From a virus (lineage: Duplodnaviria; Caudoviricetes), in IMG/VR virus record IMGVR_UViG_3300042988_000456, positions 236 through 64,235 of that record: 64,000 nt of DNA, one strand, 5' to 3'. The notes below the pieces were generated by a model. That model ran no database searches. It was given only the letters and a program-made list of their open reading frames with translations, and was not told the origin of the DNA. The position numbers and the translations under genes were made by a program. Below are positions 57,231-64,000 of this stretch, piece by piece. Each line of letters starts with the position of its first letter. The first letter of the stretch is position 1.

Positions 57231-58170
57231 TCTTAGACTCCAATTTTGCTACTTGAGCAGCGTACTGCTCCGGGGTTAAACCAAACTTCCTTGCCAACGC
57301 TGCCGCTGTGCTGGTTAGTTTGATCCGTTTTGGCCCAGTCGATCTTGTCGCAGGTGCCACCACAGATGCGGGTCGCCGTGTAGATTGAGTCTCTCGACTA
57401 TCTCCGAACACTTCGGGAAACTTGTTTTTCACGCGAGCATCAATTTGCTCAAAATACTCATCGCTTCGCGGGTCAACGCCCGTATTGACTAGCTTTTGGT
57501 GCAGCCCTAGTGCAAAGCTGGTAACTTCCTCAAACCCGTTGGAGCCAAACCACTGGTTTTTTGCCTGCCAGCGCAGGGTTTTTTCGTCTGGCTCTGCAAT
57601 TGCTTGCCGAGTTGGTCGGGATGTTTGTGGCGTTTGTAAACGATCAGCAGTGGTTTGTAAAGGGGGGACGCGCACATTTTTTGCGCTTTCCAGCTTCCAC
57701 TTGGCCTCTGCGAGCGCCTCTTGAGCCGCCATGATGGCGTCGGTATCAAAAGCTTCCTGTGCTGCTTTAAACGCTTGGCGGGCCTGCTGCAGTTCCATTT
57801 CTGCTGCCGACACGTTGGTGGAGGCAATGTACTTGGCACCGTTTTCTGCATAGCCCTTGAGTTGCTTGTTCTCCTCAATCAGGGTCTGTGCAAGACGTTC
57901 AAGTTCCTGCTTTTCACGCAAAGTGGCTTCTTTGATCCGGCGCTCATCGTGACGGGCGTGGGTCAATTCTTTGATGCGAGAGCGTACTTTTTCCGAGTAC
58001 GACTCAATTTCATCGTCTGTGGGGTCTGCCACTTCCTTATCCAGTGGCTTGCGGCCCCTGTCCTGTTCGGGAGTGTCATCAACAATCTCGACTTCAATCT
58101 CCTCGCTGGAATCATCCGTCACAAGGGTCTTGTCATCTTCTTCGTCCGGGAATTTAAATGCTTCTGGCAT
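57220..58170 (-). CDS. Capsid scaffolding protein
   Basis: Acidic N-terminus, coiled coil, W...N.WFG, C-terminal ARKFGLTPEQYA. Confidence 0.7.
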   Translation of the reverse strand: MPEAFKFPDEEDDKTLVTDDSSEEIEVEIVDDTPEQDRGRKPLDKEVADPTDDEIESYSEKVRSRIKELTHARHDERRIKEATLREKQELERLAQTLIEENKQLKGYAENGAKYIASTNVSAAEMELQQARQAFKAAQEAFDTDAIMAAQEALAEAKWKLESAKNVRVPPLQTTADRLQTPQTSRPTRQAIAEPDEKTLRWQAKNQWFGSNGFEEVTSFALGLHQKLVNTGVDPRSDEYFEQIDARVKNKFPEVFGDSRETQSTRRPASVVAPATRSTGPKRIKLTSTAAALARKFGLTPEQYAAQVAKLESKNGY

Positions 58171-58180
58171 GTTTGATCCT

Positions 58181-58615
58181 TTAAGCGCGAGTTACACCAC
58201 GGGGGTCAACTACAACGGCGTCCACTTGGTCATCGTTGAGTAGACGCATTTCCTTGCCGTACATCTTGAATCGCGTTCCCGAGTAGGTTCGAACCAAGAT
58301 GAAGTCGCCCTGTTTACACCAAGGGCCGGAGGGAAATTTGTTGGCATCCTTGTATGCGTCCGGGCCAACAGCCAAGACAAACAGGACGGTGGTGCCATGT
58401 TCTTCAGCGCGAAGCTGAGACGTTGGCTTGACCAAATCCAGTGTTGTGCCATCGATGTTTTCGGAGACATCAGGAACAATGCACAAGATTTTGTACCCTT
58501 GCGGAATGGGAAGCTGAGTGGCTTTCTGCTCTGCAGGGATGTTCTCATCCTGCGTGGGTGCAGGCTGGATAGGTTTGGGCATGCTCACGCCCGGGGGTAG
58601 GATCAGATCAATCAT
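58181..58615 (-). CDS. GroES-like co-chaperonin
   Basis: PQGYKIL...VLAVGPDAY...WCKQGDFIL..YSG...RLLNDD.V.AVV. Confidence 0.8.
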   Translation of the reverse strand: MIDLILPPGVSMPKPIQPAPTQDENIPAEQKATQLPIPQGYKILCIVPDVSENIDGTTLDLVKPTSQLRAEEHGTTVLFVLAVGPDAYKDANKFPSGPWCKQGDFILVRTYSGTRFKMYGKEMRLLNDDQVDAVVVDPRGVTRA

Positions 58616-58802
58616 TGGCTTTTTCCACTTTCTCAGCAAGGTCTAGTAGGTAACGCTCTGCAAGGCCCAGACCATGAATGACCCCGCACAGTTTTTGGTA
58701 TTGCTCAAACGTCTGGCATGCGCCATTTGCCAAATCGTCTGCGTAGTTGTTCATATCAGCGCGAATTTTTTCTCTGAGAACTCGCGTGAACTCAGTGATC
58801 AT
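58608..58802 (-). CDS. Small conserved protein after portal
   Basis: YQKLCGVIHGL motif; coupled ORF. Confidence 0.6.
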   Translation of the reverse strand: MITEFTRVLREKIRADMNNYADDLANGACQTFEQYQKLCGVIHGLGLAERYLLDLAEKVEKAND

Positions 58803-58804
58803 GG

Positions 58805-61357
58805 TTACTCTCCTTTGGTTGGTGATTTCCTGCTTGCAATGAGGGCTTTTTGCGCCTCAAACTCTTTGTCATCCTTCTGGCGGGCCACTTCCACACCCAG
58901 TTTCATGCCAGCATGCTGCTGGTCAAACTTCTGCTTGAGTTGATCCTTGCGGATTTGCGCTCCAAGCTTGGTGCTTTGCATCTGAATGTCTGCCGACGCC
59001 TTCTGCTCCTTCAAAGCCTGATCTTTTTCCGCAATTGCTGCTTCCAGTTGCAGTTTTGCGGTGTGAAGTTGCTGTTCTGCAGCCAGTTTTTGGGCTTCCA
59101 ACTGCAGTTTTTGAGCTTCCAGAGCCTGTTTTGCCTGTATTTCCTGCCCCTTGAGTTGCAGTTCTTGACCTTTAAGCTGCAATTCCTGCTGCTGCATCTG
59201 AATCACAGGGTCTTGGGCTTGCTGTTGGGCCTGTTGCTGCTGTGCAGCGGCCTTTGCCTGCTCCAAAATCTGGTTTGCGGCCTGTGCCATCATTCCAGAC
59301 AGGGCAACTTCCACCTCTGGAGGCAGTTTTTCGTCTTCCGGCGGGATTGGCATGCCCAATTGCTGCTCAATCCGCTGGCGATACTGGAAGCCCAAGTGTT
59401 CTGCAATGTGAGCATCCAGCGCAGCCATGATGACAGGTGCGCGTTGGTTCTGTCCCATTGCTTGCGCAATGGTCGGGTCTTGCTTCATTGCATTGTGGAC
59501 TGCAAGGTGTGAGTTGTGATCCTGATGGAAAAACGCTTTTACAGGCTCCCCCTTCAGAACTGCGGAGTTTTCTGTGACAGGGTCTTGCGGAGTCTGGTCT
59601 TCCGGCAGCTTGACGATCTTTTCGGCATTCTTGATGCCTAAAACCTCCAGCATGCGCCTGTGCAACTGCGGTAGATCGTATATATCTGGAGCCATTTGCG
59701 CCATCTGAATGACGGCTTGATACTGGACAACCCGCTGGGACATGGTTGCTGCGTTGGGATCACTGACGGGGATGATCTCCACCATGTCATAGTCAGACTT
59801 CTTGGCAGTGCGGTCTGATGTGTCCGGTTCGTATTCATACTCTGTGTCGGTGTAATCCCGGATGATCCCGGCAAGCAGGCGAAGTTCCTGTTTAAACGAG
59901 TTGTGGATACGCGCCTGAACGGCTGTCATCACCTTCAACTGACGCTCAAGGATGGCGAGTGTGGAGCCTACAGGCGCCTGTGCCGACATGTCAGACACTT
60001 GCATGTCTGCGGTGGAGGCAAAGCGGCGACCTTCTTCAACGATCTGATTCAGCAGGGTGTACAGAACCTGACTGGGTTCCTTGTACGGCAGGGGCAGAAT
60101 GTTGTCGCGGATGGCCCCAGAGCCGATGTCCACATCACGGAACTCGCCCGGGGCGATGGGGGTGTCATCCCCTTTGATACGCATTCCACGGGATTTGAGA
60201 CCGCCGGGGAGGTTGGACAGGGTTCCTGCGTCAATAAGCTGACGCATGATGGAGGTGGCAGACTTGGCAAATCCACCGATGAGGTGGAAGAGGCCAAAGC
60301 CGTAGGCACCAAAGCCGGGGATGTATTGGTAGTGGACAAAATGCTGACGTTTCTGGCGATAGTCATCATCCTCTTTCCAATTCCGGCGAATGGACAAAAC
60401 TTCATTGGTGCCCTTGAGGAGCGTGACCACATAGGGCAACGCGATGCCTGTCGGCTCGCCGTCTTCATCTTCATCGTTTAAACCATCAATGTCCAAGTCC
60501 ACATGGCATTCATAGATGGTGTAACGGTCATCGTTGATGTCATTGAAGCCGGTCTCTTTGTCCTTGGCCTTCTTGATGTCATCCTGTGACTTCTCCGGGT
60601 CGGGCAAGTCAATGTCACGGTAGAAGCCAGCCTTCTGCAGCTTGATGATTTCGTTTTCCGTCTTGCGCATGACATGCGTCAGGCGGTAGCAGGTGTTTAA
60701 ATCTGACACACCATACGGCAGGATCACATCCTCTGCCGGGATGAAAATGGAGACTTGCCGCCCAAGACTGGGGTCGTAGTACACCTTCTTGAACGCCGAG
60801 CCTGTAGCAGGAAGACTCCACAGCATGCGCTCATGCTCTGGACGGAACTCCTGCATGACTTCCGTCAACTCATAGTTCATGTCTTCTTCCACCCGGGCGG
60901 CAGCTTCCTTCTTCTCGACGGTTTCCTTGCCGACAATTTTGGTCTTGACCGGCCCTGCTGCGGGGAATGATTCGGTGATGGTTTCAGACTGGAATCTGAC
61001 CACTGCTTCGGTGATCATGGGGTGGAAGACGCCGGAAGCTCCGCTCCACGGCTCTGTACGGTCTTCATACTGCAGACCAAGCAGCTTCAGCCCTTCTGTG
61101 TAGGCTTTTTCCCATTCCTTGCGGGATGCCTTGTCGTTTTCAATGTCCTCTTCCAGTTCGGAAGCCAAGGACAGGATCACAGACTCGCTCAATGATTCTG
61201 CGAGGTTTTCACCAAAATCGGGTTCGATTTCAATCTCCAACTCCTCAATCTCAATGACTGCGTCCGGGTCTTCAATTTCAACCTCTATTTCGGTTGGTGT
61301 GATTTCTTCCAGCCCAGCGGGCGCTTGGTAGAGGGATTTGTCGAAGTTGGTAGCCAT
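58805..61357 (-). CDS. Portal protein
   Basis: 850 aa; GSAFKKVYYD, RQLIDAGTLSN, Q-rich C-terminal barrel; follows TerL. Confidence 0.88.
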   Translation of the reverse strand: MATNFDKSLYQAPAGLEEITPTEIEVEIEDPDAVIEIEELEIEIEPDFGENLAESLSESVILSLASELEEDIENDKASRKEWEKAYTEGLKLLGLQYEDRTEPWSGASGVFHPMITEAVVRFQSETITESFPAAGPVKTKIVGKETVEKKEAAARVEEDMNYELTEVMQEFRPEHERMLWSLPATGSAFKKVYYDPSLGRQVSIFIPAEDVILPYGVSDLNTCYRLTHVMRKTENEIIKLQKAGFYRDIDLPDPEKSQDDIKKAKDKETGFNDINDDRYTIYECHVDLDIDGLNDEDEDGEPTGIALPYVVTLLKGTNEVLSIRRNWKEDDDYRQKRQHFVHYQYIPGFGAYGFGLFHLIGGFAKSATSIMRQLIDAGTLSNLPGGLKSRGMRIKGDDTPIAPGEFRDVDIGSGAIRDNILPLPYKEPSQVLYTLLNQIVEEGRRFASTADMQVSDMSAQAPVGSTLAILERQLKVMTAVQARIHNSFKQELRLLAGIIRDYTDTEYEYEPDTSDRTAKKSDYDMVEIIPVSDPNAATMSQRVVQYQAVIQMAQMAPDIYDLPQLHRRMLEVLGIKNAEKIVKLPEDQTPQDPVTENSAVLKGEPVKAFFHQDHNSHLAVHNAMKQDPTIAQAMGQNQRAPVIMAALDAHIAEHLGFQYRQRIEQQLGMPIPPEDEKLPPEVEVALSGMMAQAANQILEQAKAAAQQQQAQQQAQDPVIQMQQQELQLKGQELQLKGQEIQAKQALEAQKLQLEAQKLAAEQQLHTAKLQLEAAIAEKDQALKEQKASADIQMQSTKLGAQIRKDQLKQKFDQQHAGMKLGVEVARQKDDKEFEAQKALIASRKSPTKGE

Positions 61358-61365
61358 ACGCTTCC

Positions 61366-62859
61366 TTAGTAATAAGCGACTCTGCGATTGATGACGGGTT
61401 CGTCTTCTTCATCCGATGCAATGGAGATGAAGCCGCCTTGGCGGAATCTCATCAACGCCTGTGAACTGGAGTCCACCAAGTCATCGTGATCACCATTGGG
61501 GAATGAGGCCAACTCATCCATCACCTCTTCTGCCCATCTTGTGTCAGGGCACCACACAATCCCAGAAGCAAATAAATCTGCGATTGCGTTTACACGCGCA
61601 ATCTTATCGTTTCCTTTCCCCGGTGTATATTCCGACAGAGGGACGCCGATCTTTCGCAACTCATACAGCAGCGGGGCACCCGCTGCCTTCTTCTCAATGA
61701 TCAATGTGTCAGGTTCCCATTCCTGATATAGCTCTAACGCCCTCTTCTTCAGTTCCGGGAATTCCATGCGTTCTTTAAACGCATCCAAGAGGATGATGTT
61801 GGTCTTGGACACACCATGCTCATCCGGGTAGTCAAAGACCCCCCATGTGGTGCAGGCTGAGAAGTCAGCACGGTTGTTCTTCTCAAAGGCGGTGTCCCAA
61901 GACTGCAGGATGTATTCACATGGCGGGGGACTCTTCTTCTCCCAAATCCTCCACTGATCCCGCTTGATGATGGCCCCCTCTTCCGAGGTGGGGTTCTGCT
62001 GGTACTGCGCTTCCCATTTGGAGACGGGGATTTCAGCCTTGATGGCTTCCAGTTCTTCTTTCTTCCAAAAGGCAGGCCACAGGGGATTGCCAGAGGGCAT
62101 GATGGCAGGAAACTCGATGACTTCCCACTGATCTACTCCGTCGCCACCGGACTTCTTCAGAATCTGACCGGTCAGGTCTCTCTTGGCCCAGCGGGTCATC
62201 ACAATGATGATGGCCCCTCCGGGCTGTAACCGCTGACGGGGGCCGGATGTATACCATTCATACACTCCGTCATAGACGGCGGGATTGTTCTGCTTGGCTT
62301 CCTGTTCCGAATGGGGATCGTCAATGATCAGGATGTCAGCACCCTTACCGGTCACTGCACCACCAACACCGATGGCGAAGTAATCACCTCCTGCGGAGGT
62401 GTTCCATCGTCCTGCAGCCTTGGAATCAGAAGACAACTGCGTCTGAAATACCGCCTGATAAGGCGGGGACTGCACAAGGTTCCTGACCTTACGACCAAAT
62501 CCTGTGGCTAGTTCTGCGGTGTGAGCCGTCTGAATGATCTTCTTCTGCGGGAATTTCCCAAGGAACCATGCAGGAAGCAGGAACGATGCAAACTCTGACT
62601 TGGTATGCCGGGGCGGCATATTGATGATCAACCTCTTGAGGGTGCCGTTGGCAACCCTCTCAAAGGCATCTGCCATGATCTGATGATGCTTTCCAGAGAT
62701 GAAGACAGGCCACATCTGCTGGACAAAGAACAGGAAGCTGTCTTTACAGCGTTCTACCCGATCAAGCTCTAACAGCGCATTGATCTTCTTTCTCTCAGCC
62801 TCTGGCACCTTGTCGATAATCGACAAGTACTTCGTGACTTCAGCCTTGGTCAGAAGCAT
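61366..62859 (-). CDS. terL: Terminase large subunit
   Basis: MPPRHTKS Walker A, IIDDP Walker B, QSWDTA...EKKA...HDDLVDS RNase H-like nuclease. Confidence 0.95.
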   Translation of the reverse strand: MLLTKAEVTKYLSIIDKVPEAERKKINALLELDRVERCKDSFLFFVQQMWPVFISGKHHQIMADAFERVANGTLKRLIINMPPRHTKSEFASFLLPAWFLGKFPQKKIIQTAHTAELATGFGRKVRNLVQSPPYQAVFQTQLSSDSKAAGRWNTSAGGDYFAIGVGGAVTGKGADILIIDDPHSEQEAKQNNPAVYDGVYEWYTSGPRQRLQPGGAIIIVMTRWAKRDLTGQILKKSGGDGVDQWEVIEFPAIMPSGNPLWPAFWKKEELEAIKAEIPVSKWEAQYQQNPTSEEGAIIKRDQWRIWEKKSPPPCEYILQSWDTAFEKNNRADFSACTTWGVFDYPDEHGVSKTNIILLDAFKERMEFPELKKRALELYQEWEPDTLIIEKKAAGAPLLYELRKIGVPLSEYTPGKGNDKIARVNAIADLFASGIVWCPDTRWAEEVMDELASFPNGDHDDLVDSSSQALMRFRQGGFISIASDEEDEPVINRRVAYY

Positions 62860-62959
62860 GTGTCACCAACACTTTGAGAGAGGGGTGTGGGGTGAGAGCT
62901 AACCCCACTTTGTGGGGTTGGACTGAGCATCAGGACAACCAAATTAGATGCACTGTACA

Positions 62960-63169
62960 TCACAGTTTTCCTCCTGCGTTGCGTTTGAGCAACTGCATCA
63001 CATGCCACATGACTCTAAATGGCGTGGTTAAGCCAAGTGTTGCTACAAAAACGATAGCAACAAAGTACTTGACAAGCAGTGGTGCGGGTTCCACGGCATG
63101 TTTCACGGACTCAGGAGCAAATTTCCTGAAGAATGGCTCAACCATGCGGTTCCAATAGTTATGGTTCAT
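62960..63169 (-). CDS. Small hypothetical membrane protein
   Basis: Hydrophobic segment; ATGA overlap. Confidence 0.4.
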   Translation of the reverse strand: MNHNYWNRMVEPFFRKFAPESVKHAVEPAPLLVKYFVAIVFVATLGLTTPFRVMWHVMQLLKRNAGGKL

Positions 63170-63396
63170 AACCTTGAAATATCCTGAGCAGATTTGTCAA
63201 CTAAGACAATTGACCTGAACTTGTACGGTCTCAAGGTCAACAACCCATCAGCCTTTAGCTGATGAACAATCCTGTGGATGTTCGCTTTTGACTTCAACTG
63301 CACTGCCTTGGCAATCACCTCATACGACGGTGACTTCCCATGAATTCTGCTGTAGACCCTGATGAAGTCCAAGATCAATTGTTTTCTGTCTTGCAT
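63166..63396 (-). CDS. LexA N-terminal-like winged-helix protein (no peptidase domain)
   Basis: ILDFIR......G.SPSYEVIA..V.LKS...IHRIV..L...GLL. Confidence 0.75.
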   Translation of the reverse strand: MQDRKQLILDFIRVYSRIHGKSPSYEVIAKAVQLKSKANIHRIVHQLKADGLLTLRPYKFRSIVLVDKSAQDISRL

Positions 63397-64000
63397 GGCA
63401 CATCCACACTTGCAGCCCACTCCAGAAGACGCAGAGCGTCTTTCTGCCGAAGATCAGGCCACCCACCCTTTGCAATCTTCACATGACGTAGTTCTTCCGG
63501 GATGGTGTACTCACCCCACTGACCAATCCATACAGGTTCTGCTATCAATTCCATAGCAGTGAAGTGTAAACGATAAATGAGAACGTTCCCATATGTTTAA
63601 ACTTGATTGTGATGTAGGGGTATTCTGCGTTTAAACGCTTCTATATTGGCAACTGCCAAACAAAAATGGCAATTGCCAAAAATATATATAGGGGGGAGGG
63701 GTAGCGTTTTGGTTGGGTATGGGGGGGTGATTGGAAGAGGGGATTTAGGGGTAATTGGAAGAATGGATTAGAGCGTAACGTTGTGCAGGGGCAACATGGG
63801 TCAATATAGGCGGGTGGGTATACGGTGGGGTCTCGCCATCCGAGTCACCCACACCACAGCCCCAATCCCAGCACTTCCCTGCCCATCTCCCAGCCTCTGC
63901 ACTGCCTCACCCATACCAGCACTGCATCACACCCATCCAATCGCTCCCACATGCCTGCAGCCTGACGGTTACCTGAGTGGTGCAGCCCCTAGGCTGAGAC

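Larger units (their letters stand above)
555..63636. repeat. Dispersed palindrome GTTTAAAC, about 36 exact copies
   Basis: Seen at 555, 1708, 2561, 3616, 4642, 5216, 5630, 6110, 6763, 7021, 10683, 10799, 12047, 13635, 14235, 14720, 14885, 15907, 16140, 21320, 21961, 22330, 23541, 23731, 26331, 29976, 31005, 31585, 36857, 39408, 48154, 55143, 59890, 60476, 63595, 63629. Confidence 0.92.

Noticed and set aside
63960-64000. Direct circular join of position 64000 to position 1 completing terS
   Set aside because: The join gives only a short arbitrary tail and there is no terminal overlap; some sequence is probably missing.
1-64000. Stop-codon reassignment or integrated prophage
   Set aside because: Core genes are full length in the standard code; no integrase or host genes are present.

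Overview
The window is a nearly complete genome of a dsDNA tailed phage with podovirus-like virion architecture. The host is probably a freshwater betaproteobacterium (inference only). No integrase, DNA polymerase, RNA polymerase, tRNA or CRISPR array was recognised. From left to right it contains: a partial small terminase (minus strand, runs off position 1); a non-coding region with DnaA boxes and palindromic operators; a plus-strand early block (SprT-like protease, MoxR-type AAA+ ATPase, VWA protein); a minus-strand replication operon (primase-helicase, HNH-like, PD-(D/E)XK) behind a ~0.9 kb structured leader; RusA; a recombination block (nuclease, Sak3-like annealing protein, SSB-like); a mosaic of small repeat-bounded genes; and a long minus-strand virion module (TerL, portal, GroES-like, scaffold, capsid, head spike, tail, lysis, internal proteins, a 2967-aa polyvalent protein). 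The strongest unexplained signals are: (1) the palindrome GTTTAAAC occurs about 36 times versus about 1 expected; (2) the giant virion protein is a chain of enzyme cassettes separated by a repeated [KR][YAP]S[LI][RK] linker; (3) a [MYF][AS]xGG motif is shared by several internal or small virion proteins; (4) strand-specific RNA structures, including an attenuator-like switch, precede the replication genes. All family assignments are from motif recognition by eye, not database searches.
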